Below, in pieces: positions 27,172-34,829 of a DNA stretch of 64,000 bases. Position 1 is the first letter of the stretch. Every line of letters begins with the position of its first letter. The notes under the pieces were generated by a model. It made no database searches. It had not been told where the DNA came from and worked only from the letters and a program-made list of their open reading frames with translations. The stretch comes from an uncultured Rhizobium sp. (GTDB lineage: Bacteria; Pseudomonadota; Alphaproteobacteria; Rickettsiales; UBA1997): NCBI GenBank assembly GCA_964444545.1, contig CAYUHG010000004.1, forward strand, positions 4,021-68,020. Reading direction: 5' to 3'. The translations under genes were made by a program, and so were the position numbers.

Positions 27172-28709
27172 TAGTGATTTCCTCCTAAAACTTTTTCTGG
27201 ACCCATTTTGGCGAATTTGATCATCAAATAGAGATCAACTACCAAAAGTGAGCTGTAGAGAACAACAAATCCGATCAAGCTTGATAAAACTTGAGCGTGT
27301 GAAACTGAAGAAATGCCAAGGAAAGTTGGTAAAATTCCTTCAATTACCCAAGGTTGACGACCACATTCGGCAACAACCCAACCAACTTCGGCAGCAATCC
27401 AAGGCAGTGGTAATGACCACAAACAAATTTTGAGCAACCAAGTTTTATCGAAATTACGTTTGATGTTCATGTGGTAAAAAGCTGCGGCAAAAAGCACGAT
27501 AAAAAATATTCCCAGACCAACCATGACGCGGAAAGCGAAGAATAAAGGCGCAACGCGAGGTGCAGTGTCGGCAGCGGCTTTTTGGATTTCTTCGGCTGAA
27601 GCATTTTCAATGTCATCGCGATATTTTTTCAAAAGCAGCGCATAGCCAATATCTTGGAAATTTTCGCTCAAATAAGCTTTGTCGGCTTGAGGATTTTGGC
27701 TGGTTTTGTTGCGCAGATTTTTCAAAACCAAATATTGTGGAATACCGTTTTTGATGCGTTCTTCCGATTTTGCGACTAACTCTTTAATTCCCGGAATTTC
27801 TTTGTGAGTTGAACGAGTGGCAATCAAACCCAAAGCGTAAGGAATTTTAATTTCATATTCGTTGGTTTGTTTTTCCTGATTAGGAATAGCAAAAAGTGTT
27901 AAGTCAGCAGGCGCTTTTTCAGTTTCCCACATGCCTTCAATGGCAGCGAGTTTCATTTTTTGATTTTCGCCCGCAGCGTAACCGCTTTCATCACCCAAAA
28001 CTACAACTGAAAGTGCAGCCATTAAACCGAATGCTGAAGCAACAATCACCGAACGACGTGCAACTTCGATGTTGGTTTTTTTCAATAAATAATAGCAGCT
28101 AATTGCCAAAACGAACATTGCACCAGTAACATATCCTGCGCTGATCGTGTGTACAAATTTTGATTGAGCAACGTCGTTGAAAAAGATTTTTTGGAAGGAA
28201 TCCAATTCCATACGCATTGTTTCAGCGTTGAACTTTGCTCCAATTGGATGTTGCATCCAGCCGTTGGCAATCAAGATCCATAAAGCGGAAAGGTTGGTTC
28301 CAATCGCCATCAACCAAGTGACGAGTAAATGTTTAGCTTTCGACATTTTGTCCCAGCCGAACAGGAAAAGTCCGACGAAAGTTGATTCCAGGAAAAACGC
28401 CATCAAACCTTCAATTGCTAAAGGCACGCCGAAAATGTCGCCGACATAATGCGAATAATAAGCCCAGTTGGTGCCGAACTGAAATTCCATGGTAATCCCA
28501 GTTGCTACACCCATGGCGAAATTGATGGCAAAAAGTTTGCCCCAAAAACGCGTCATGTCGCGCCATATTTGTTTTCCGGTCATGACGTAAACGCTTTCCA
28601 TAATTCCCAAAATTACTGCCAGCCCAAGCGTCAGTGGCACAAACAAAAAGTGATAAATTGCAGTTGCGGCAAATTGTAAGCGGGAAATTTCGACGAGTCC
28701 GAGATCCAT
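27171..28709 (-). CDS. cydA: Cytochrome bd-I ubiquinol oxidase subunit I (long Q-loop)
   Basis: 512 aa with LSRLQFAATAIYHFLFVPLTLGL, KLAAIEGMWET and GWVVAECGRQPWVI. Confidence 0.92.
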   Translation of the reverse strand: MDLGLVEISRLQFAATAIYHFLFVPLTLGLAVILGIMESVYVMTGKQIWRDMTRFWGKLFAINFAMGVATGITMEFQFGTNWAYYSHYVGDIFGVPLAIEGLMAFFLESTFVGLFLFGWDKMSKAKHLLVTWLMAIGTNLSALWILIANGWMQHPIGAKFNAETMRMELDSFQKIFFNDVAQSKFVHTISAGYVTGAMFVLAISCYYLLKKTNIEVARRSVIVASAFGLMAALSVVVLGDESGYAAGENQKMKLAAIEGMWETEKAPADLTLFAIPNQEKQTNEYEIKIPYALGLIATRSTHKEIPGIKELVAKSEERIKNGIPQYLVLKNLRNKTSQNPQADKAYLSENFQDIGYALLLKKYRDDIENASAEEIQKAAADTAPRVAPLFFAFRVMVGLGIFFIVLFAAAFYHMNIKRNFDKTWLLKICLWSLPLPWIAAEVGWVVAECGRQPWVIEGILPTFLGISSVSHAQVLSSLIGFVVLYSSLLVVDLYLMIKFAKMGPEKVLGGNH

Positions 28710-28710
28710 A

Positions 28711-28926
28711 TTAGCTTTGATTGATGATGATAGATTGAATATGTTGCTGGCGTTCTTCTTTGGTCATTTTGTCGTTGAAGAAAGCCAGATAAATCGCGGT
28801 GATAAGTGCTAATTTTATGCCAAGAAGAATAGTGATTTTGCGGTATAAATTACTGCGATTCTTACAGCGAAAGAAGATCACCAGATAAATTATATAACCG
28901 AGATAAAGCGCTAAAATTCCGTACAT
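28711..28926 (-). CDS. Small two-TM membrane protein translationally coupled to cydA (unknown function)
   Basis: 71 aa with two hydrophobic helices. Its stop is 1 nt before the cydA start, on the same strand. I recognise no family. Confidence 0.5.
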   Translation of the reverse strand: MYGILALYLGYIIYLVIFFRCKNRSNLYRKITILLGIKLALITAIYLAFFNDKMTKEERQQHIQSIIINQS

Positions 28927-28982
28927 AAAATTAGCATTAATTAAGTTCTTGGTGTTTTAGTAAATTTGACAAAATGTCTCAC

Positions 28983-29615
28983 TTAGAAGTGATATCCAAT
29001 ACCTACACCAAACAACCAAGGGTTTAGCCTTACTTTAGCGGTATAAGAATCGTTAACTTGTACGTTGGTTTTTAGATAAATTTTCTTTACGTCAACGTTC
29101 ACACTCCAAGTGTCGTTTAGCATGTAATCAAAACCGGCTTGGAAGGCATATCCTAAATGATCTTGATATTTCACCGAAGTAACAGTTCCACCCGGTGCTT
29201 TAGCATTATAAAAGAAAGTATAGTTCAAACCAGCACCAGCATAAGGACGGAAAGTTCCAGTTGGATTGAAGTGATATTGTGCAGTCAAAGTTGGTGGTAA
29301 TAATCTTACTGAACCAAGATCAGTTTTGTTGCCAAGAACTGGTGAGCCACGTAAAGAAACATCATGTTTGCTAGTTCCTAAAATTAATTCAGCGGCGATA
29401 TTTGGAGTAAAAAAGCGAGTAAAATCCAACTCAGGAATTTGATCAGAATTGGTTGCAACAGCACCACCTAAAGTTGAAACTTTGCTAGTTACATCAGTTT
29501 GAACTTGTACAGCACGACCTCGGATTATCCAATCTTTACTAGCTTCTGCGAAAGCAGGTTGAGCTATGGTTGATAAAGAAATTGACAGTAACGCCAGTTT
29601 TAATTTTGCTTTCAT
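28983..29615 (-). CDS. ompW: OmpW-family outer membrane protein
   Basis: Signal peptide ...AFA-EAS and an 8-strand-sized beta pattern. The C-terminus NPWLFGVGIGYHF is typical of OmpW. Confidence 0.8.
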   Translation of the reverse strand: MKAKLKLALLSISLSTIAQPAFAEASKDWIIRGRAVQVQTDVTSKVSTLGGAVATNSDQIPELDFTRFFTPNIAAELILGTSKHDVSLRGSPVLGNKTDLGSVRLLPPTLTAQYHFNPTGTFRPYAGAGLNYTFFYNAKAPGGTVTSVKYQDHLGYAFQAGFDYMLNDTWSVNVDVKKIYLKTNVQVNDSYTAKVRLNPWLFGVGIGYHF

Positions 29616-29702
29616 ATTCTTTGAGTAGTTTTGCTTTTTATTATCTCTAAAAACTTACTTATAGAGACGTGGCACAATCTGTATGTCGCAAAAAATTTGT
29701 AA

Positions 29703-29716
29703 TTGATCTGGGTCAA
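29703..29716. promoter_or_regulatory. Candidate FNR/CRP-type box TTGATctggGTCAA
   Basis: 9 of 10 positions match the half-sites of TTGAT-N4-ATCAA. It lies in the divergent fnr/ompW intergenic region, 8 nt upstream of the fnr ATG. Confidence 0.5.
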
Positions 29717-29723
29717 GAATTTG

Positions 29724-30455
29724 ATGAAAAAATTTGTAAATGATGATTTGAAATTGGTGAGTGGTTTAAGTTTTTTTGCTAACTTTAAAAAAGAAGATCT
29801 AGCGGAAATATTAGGCTCGTCCCAGATTTCTAAATTTAAGAAATCCCAAAATATTTTTTTTGCTGAAGACAAAGCATTAAATTTTTATATGGTGATTGAT
29901 GGTGCGGTGAAACTAACAATTATCGATGAAGATGGTAATGAAGCTGTGTTGCAGATTGTAGAAGCTGGTGGTTTTTTAAATGATATATTTGGCGATGTTT
30001 TGCAAACCAGCGCGAAATCAATGTTGGACTGTACGTTATTAAGTTTTCCAATCGATCAGGCTAGAGATTTACTGCATAAATTTCCTACTTTTGGCTTGGC
30101 AATTTTGCAAGAAACTGCACGAAGAAATAAACTATTGGTGGATAAACTCTGTAGTTTGCGTATCAGCGATTCTAAACAGAAAGTTGGCCAATTTTTATTA
30201 GAAATGGCTTTTGATGGTGGGGAGAGAAAATCTAAAACATTCGATCTGAAATACGAAAAGTCTGTTATCGCATCTTATCTTGGAATTAACCCAGAGACCT
30301 TGTCTAGGACGTTACAGAAGCTGAAAGATTTAGAAGAAATTACAGTTGAGAAAAACAAAATCACCTTACTAAAAATCGATTCACTTTGTGATTATTGTAA
30401 TAGCGAAATTGCTGGTAAATGCGTGATGCACAAAGCTGATTTTTGTAAGTATTAG
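29724..30455 (+). CDS. fnr: Crp/Fnr-family transcriptional regulator with a C-terminal cysteine cluster
   Basis: It has a cNMP-binding-like beta-roll, an HTH with recognition helix ETLSRTLQKL (the E--SR motif of the FNR/FixK class), and a C-terminal CDYCNSEIAGKCVMHKADFC. The ATG at 29724 is preferred over the TTG at 29703. Confidence 0.8.
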   Translation: MKKFVNDDLKLVSGLSFFANFKKEDLAEILGSSQISKFKKSQNIFFAEDKALNFYMVIDGAVKLTIIDEDGNEAVLQIVEAGGFLNDIFGDVLQTSAKSMLDCTLLSFPIDQARDLLHKFPTFGLAILQETARRNKLLVDKLCSLRISDSKQKVGQFLLEMAFDGGERKSKTFDLKYEKSVIASYLGINPETLSRTLQKLKDLEEITVEKNKITLLKIDSLCDYCNSEIAGKCVMHKADFCKY

Positions 30456-31387
30456 CGTAGGGTCGCCTTAAAATAACTGCTTAGAAGATGTTGTTTATCG
30501 ATCTTAGTATAGCGTTGCGTTGTCGTTAAATTTTCATGTCCCAACAATTCTTGAATAACGCGTAAATCGCCGCCAGCTTCTAGCAAATGAGTAGCAAAAG
30601 AATGACGAAAAGCGTGTGGAGTAATTGTTTCTGGCAGATTTAAATTGGTACGAATTGTTTGTACCAAAGCACTAAAATCGCGGCGTGAAAGTGTTTTGCC
30701 TTTAGCTGTTAAAAAAATTGGTTGATCGAACAAAATTTCAAATGGACAGATTTTTAAATATTCGGCGATGCGTTGATGTACAATAGGAAGGAGCGGTACC
30801 ATTCGTTGTTTCTTGCCTTTGCCTTCTACAATCAAAGTTTGGTTATTTTGTAGCGATTTTTTGTTGACCGCCAAAGCTTCAGAAATACGCAATCCGCAAC
30901 CATAAATCAAAGTAAGTAGAGCCAAATCTCGTTTGGCTTGCCATTCGTTTTTACGAATTTTTGCGATCTCACTAGAAATTTTATCGATGTCGATTTTATC
31001 AACTGCTTTGGGAATTGGCTTAGCGACTTTCGGAGTTTTGATTTTTGCGATCTGATTATTATCGATTAATTTATTTTGATTGGCGAATTTGAATAAAGAG
31101 CGCAGCGAAGAAATTGCGCGAGCATTGGAGGAATTAACGTGATTGTTCAGGCGTTCACCAAGCCAGCGACGAAAATCATGAACCAGCAAATTTTCTAGAT
31201 CATTTTTGCTGATAATTTTGTCGTGAAATCTAGAAAGAAAATCCAAAAAATAGAAAATGTCGGTGCGATAAGAATTTAATGTGTGGCTGGAATATCTTTT
31301 TTCGACTTCCAAAAAGCGTAAAAATTTTTCAACAATCACAATAACTTCGCTGCTGCATTTATCTTGAATTGTGACGGCTTCGGGCAT
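30452..31387 (-). CDS. xerC: Tyrosine site-specific recombinase XerC/XerD family
   Basis: 311 aa with ...HAFRHSFATHLLEAGGDLRVIQELLGHENLTTTQRYTKI (R-H-R-Y catalytic signature). Whether it is XerC or XerD is not resolved. Confidence 0.8.
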   Translation of the reverse strand: MPEAVTIQDKCSSEVIVIVEKFLRFLEVEKRYSSHTLNSYRTDIFYFLDFLSRFHDKIISKNDLENLLVHDFRRWLGERLNNHVNSSNARAISSLRSLFKFANQNKLIDNNQIAKIKTPKVAKPIPKAVDKIDIDKISSEIAKIRKNEWQAKRDLALLTLIYGCGLRISEALAVNKKSLQNNQTLIVEGKGKKQRMVPLLPIVHQRIAEYLKICPFEILFDQPIFLTAKGKTLSRRDFSALVQTIRTNLNLPETITPHAFRHSFATHLLEAGGDLRVIQELLGHENLTTTQRYTKIDKQHLLSSYFKATLR

Positions 31388-31418
31388 TGTTTAGCTAATT
31401 ATTATTTGTGAATCAAAT

Positions 31419-32204
31419 ATGAGAAATTTTTCCAAAATATTTTCGGCGATTTTTATTATTATCATCGCTTTTTGCGGACAAAGTTTTGCCGCCGAAAATG
31501 AAAAATGGAATAGCGAAGAAGGCTTAAAAAGATTAGAAAGAAGTCAGGCAAAAAATGATTTTTATCAGCTGGTAAATTTTTACCAACCGCAGGTCAATCC
31601 GCTTTATTGTTCGGTTGCTACTGGTGTGATTTTGTTAAATGCGACAAGTGATCGCGAAAAAATTCCTAGCCAAAAAGAAAATCAAGTAAAGCGTCCGAAA
31701 GGTGCGGGTGGTGGAATTGCTGAATTTCACTCTTATTCCCAGCAGAGTTTTTTGAATGAAAAAACTGACAATATTAAAAAGCGTCAAATCATACAACTCA
31801 AAGCTCCAGCGCGTAAAAATGGTAAAGAAATTTATGATCCAGGAATGTCTATGGGTGATTTTTCGAAAGTTTTAAATCGTGTTTATGGTTTTCGTGTTGA
31901 AGAAAATCACGTAGCAAAAAATGGTGAAAATTCGCGACAAAAATTTCGTGAAGATTTGAAAAAATATTTAGTCGATAGCGATCATTTTGTGGTAGTGAAT
32001 TTTGATGGAAAAATTGTTGGAAATGGCACGAGAGGTCACTTTTCGCCAGTTGCGGCTTATGATGAAGTCAGTGATTCAATTTTAGTTCTTGATGTCGCGC
32101 TGCACAAAACTGGTTGGTATTGGGTGGATTTATCTAAACTTTTTGAAGCGATAAACACTGAGGATGGAGATACTTATCGAGGGTATCTGGTGGTTAAAAA
32201 ATAA
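31419..32204 (+). CDS. Phytochelatin synthase-like (peptidase C83) protein with a signal peptide
   Basis: Signal peptide ...SFA-AEN. The Cys motif is QVNPLYCSVATGVILLN. The His and Asp motifs are RGHFSPVAAYDEVSDSILVLDVA. This resembles prokaryotic half-PCS proteins of the Nostoc alr0975 type. Confidence 0.72.
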   Translation: MRNFSKIFSAIFIIIIAFCGQSFAAENEKWNSEEGLKRLERSQAKNDFYQLVNFYQPQVNPLYCSVATGVILLNATSDREKIPSQKENQVKRPKGAGGGIAEFHSYSQQSFLNEKTDNIKKRQIIQLKAPARKNGKEIYDPGMSMGDFSKVLNRVYGFRVEENHVAKNGENSRQKFREDLKKYLVDSDHFVVVNFDGKIVGNGTRGHFSPVAAYDEVSDSILVLDVALHKTGWYWVDLSKLFEAINTEDGDTYRGYLVVKK

Positions 32205-32221
32205 TTTAAGTTTGGCTAAAC

Positions 32222-32320
32222 AAACCCCCCGACCCCTAGCGGGGCCACCCCCCTTGACAGGGGGGCAAGTTCGGCTAAGCCCCCCTGTCAAGGGGGGTGG
32301 CCCGCAGGGTCGGGGGGTTT
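32222..32320. repeat. Family A GC-rich nested palindromic element, copy 4
   Basis: The arms match copy 3, with two 1-nt deletions in the right arm. The flanks extend the palindrome (tttggctaaa / tttagccaaa). Confidence 0.92.
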
Positions 32321-32361
32321 CTTTAGCCAAAGCTAGATACTAATTACGTAAAAAATATTAA

Positions 32362-34572
32362 ATGAATTTAAATTCTCCGCAAAACGAAGCAGTGCAAACC
32401 ACGCAAGGCCCAGTATTGGTACTGGCTGGAGCTGGCACGGGAAAAACTCGTGTTTTAACTTCGCGCATCATTCACATCGTAAATTCTTATCTCGCATCAC
32501 CTTATCAGATTTTGGCCGTAACCTTTACCAACAAGGCGGCGGCGGAGATGAAAAAAAGAATCGGCGAAACAATTGGCGATCAAGTCAACAATCTTTGGGT
32601 GGGAACTTTTCACTCGATTGCGGCGCGTATTTTGCGTCGTCATCCTGAAGTTGTAGGCCTACGCTCTGATTTCACGATCATTGACGACGACGATCAAACA
32701 CGTTTGCTAAAACAAATTATTTCTGATTTCGGCATCGATACTAAACAATTCGCGCCGAAACTTTATCTCAATAAAATCTCACGACTCAAAGATAAAGTGG
32801 TCAGCGCTGCTAGTTTAGAAAGTGGTTTTGACGTATCATTACCGCGCCTCAAGGAAGTTTACGAAACTTATCAATTTCGTTTGAAGTCGATGAATTCGGT
32901 GGATTTCGGTGATCTACTTTTGCTCAATTTAGAAATTTTCCGTCTAGCTCCCGATGTGCTGGCTTATTACCAAGACAAGTTCCGCTACATTTTGGTCGAT
33001 GAATATCAAGATACCAACAACGCCCAATATCAATGGCTTTTGAAGTTGGCTGATGCACATAAAAATATTTGCTGCGTGGGTGATGACGACCAATCGATCT
33101 ATAGCTGGCGTGGTGCGAATATCGCTAACATTTTACGTTTTGAAAAAGATTTCGCCGACGCCAAAGTTATTCGTTTGGAACAAAATTATCGTTCAACTTC
33201 GCGAATTTTAAAAGCCGCGGATTCGGTAATTTCCAACAATAAAGAACGTCACGGCAAAACTTTGTGGACCGATCAGAAGCAGGGCGAGAAGCTCAAAGTT
33301 GTGGCATTCCCTGATGATCGTATGGAAGCATCAAGCACGGCGCAGATGATTCGTGTTGCCATGTCTTCAGGAAAATATAAACCTTCCGAAATGGCAGTGT
33401 TAGTGCGCGCTGGCTATCAAACTCGCGCGTTTGAAGAAGCATTTATTCACAATTCTTTGCCGTACAAAGTTATCGGCGGCATGAAATTCTATGAACGAAT
33501 GGAGGTTCGTGACTCAATCGCTTATTTGCGAATTTGCGCTAATTTGGATGATGATTTGGCTTTGTCGCGTATTATCAACGTGCCGAAACGTGGTATTGGC
33601 GATGCAACAATTGCAGCAATTTACGAGAAATCTCGTGTTGAAAAAATTTCGTTTTTTAGCGCGATCAAAAAATCTCTCGAAGAAAATTCACTCAAAGGAA
33701 AAGCGCGCGATGCGTTGAAAAGTTTGGTGGAATCTATCGAAAAAACTCACGCCCAAGTTGGTACAGCGATGCTGGCAGACTTGGCCAAATCTTTGCTCAC
33801 AGAAGTTGGCTATATCGCAATGTGGAAATTAGAAAACACTTTGGAAGCGCAAGGACGATTGGAAAATATCGAAGAATTTATCAACAGCTTGGGTGATTTT
33901 TCCAGCATGGTTGAGTTCTTAGAATATGTTTCGTTGATTGAAGCGCGTGATGATAAAAATTTGACCGATGCGGTGACAGTAATGACGGTGCACGCTGCCA
34001 AAGGTTTGGAGTTTGATTTGGTTTTTGTTCCTGGACTTGAAGACGGATTATTTCCGAGCGCGCGATCAGTTGAAGAACGCAACGGGCTAGAAGAAGAAAG
34101 ACGTTTGATGTACGTGGCAATTACGCGCGCCAAAAAAGAGCTGATTTTATCTTATGCCAAATCGCGCTACGTTTTTGGTGATGTGCAAATGCAGATGCCA
34201 TCACGCTTCATCAAAGAATTGCCCGAAGATGAAGTTGATTTTGAAGAGATGGCTTATGGCGGTTATCAAGGCGGAAATTATCAAAAAACTTCTTTCCAAA
34301 AACATTATTCGCCCAACAGTTTTATTAAAAATTCGCCGCCGCAAAATTCTTTTGGTAGCAAAGGTTCGATATTAAATTCGTCTTACAAAGATGTGGTTAA
34401 AACTTCGTCATCAAATGCGGAAAATCCTAAAGATGCGATGTTTGGCAAAAGAGTTTTTCATCAAAAGTTTGGTTACGGAAAAGTTGTCAGTATGGATGGC
34501 AATAAACTTGAAATTATGTTCGAAAAAACTGGTGTGAAAACTGTTATGAAAGATTTCGTTACTGCCGCTTAG
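32362..34572 (+). CDS. uvrD: ATP-dependent DNA helicase II (UvrD/PcrA/Rep family)
   Basis: LNSPQNEAV......VLAGAGTGKTRVLT, VDEYQDTN, TVHAAKGLEF and YVAITRAK. Confidence 0.92.
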   Translation: MNLNSPQNEAVQTTQGPVLVLAGAGTGKTRVLTSRIIHIVNSYLASPYQILAVTFTNKAAAEMKKRIGETIGDQVNNLWVGTFHSIAARILRRHPEVVGLRSDFTIIDDDDQTRLLKQIISDFGIDTKQFAPKLYLNKISRLKDKVVSAASLESGFDVSLPRLKEVYETYQFRLKSMNSVDFGDLLLLNLEIFRLAPDVLAYYQDKFRYILVDEYQDTNNAQYQWLLKLADAHKNICCVGDDDQSIYSWRGANIANILRFEKDFADAKVIRLEQNYRSTSRILKAADSVISNNKERHGKTLWTDQKQGEKLKVVAFPDDRMEASSTAQMIRVAMSSGKYKPSEMAVLVRAGYQTRAFEEAFIHNSLPYKVIGGMKFYERMEVRDSIAYLRICANLDDDLALSRIINVPKRGIGDATIAAIYEKSRVEKISFFSAIKKSLEENSLKGKARDALKSLVESIEKTHAQVGTAMLADLAKSLLTEVGYIAMWKLENTLEAQGRLENIEEFINSLGDFSSMVEFLEYVSLIEARDDKNLTDAVTVMTVHAAKGLEFDLVFVPGLEDGLFPSARSVEERNGLEEERRLMYVAITRAKKELILSYAKSRYVFGDVQMQMPSRFIKELPEDEVDFEEMAYGGYQGGNYQKTSFQKHYSPNSFIKNSPPQNSFGSKGSILNSSYKDVVKTSSSNAENPKDAMFGKRVFHQKFGYGKVVSMDGNKLEIMFEKTGVKTVMKDFVTAA

Positions 34573-34593
34573 TTTAAATAAATTGGATTTGTT

Positions 34594-34743
34594 ATGGGAA
34601 CTGCCGCTAGTGTTATGACCTATAATTATGAAGAAGAGTTTACCGTATTCAGTGCCGCAAGGGCAGGTGATGTTGAGTTATTGAAATATTTTACTGATGA
34701 GCAATTAAATAGCAGAGATGATGAGGGGCATACGCCAATCTGA
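34594..34743 (+). pseudogene. 49-codon ankyrin-repeat gene remnant starting with an N-myristoylation consensus
   Basis: ATG at 34594. The translation is MGTAASVMTYNYEEEFTVFSAARAGDVELLKYFTDEQLNSRDDEGHTPI-stop. The ANK repeat core (AA..G....L..L......D..G.TP) is cut off mid-repeat. The ORF is too short for the ORF track. Confidence 0.4.
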
Positions 34744-34829
34744 AGATGAAGTTTCTCGTAGTTAAAGTTGCGATCTACTATTGTCTTACAGGGTAATCCA
34801 GTTTTCTTAAATCAGTTCTGATAAGATCT

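Noticed and set aside
29612-29872. 86-aa minus-strand ORF spanning the fnr/ompW intergenic region and the fnr 5' end
   Set aside because: It overlaps the ompW start and the fnr coding region, it is Lys/Phe/Ile-rich, and it has no recognisable features. It is an AT-rich chance ORF.
30452-31387. The tyrosine recombinase as a marker of an integrated mobile element or genomic island
   Set aside because: Its sequence pattern and size fit housekeeping XerC/XerD. There is no adjacent tRNA, no att-like direct repeats, and no phage or conjugation genes.
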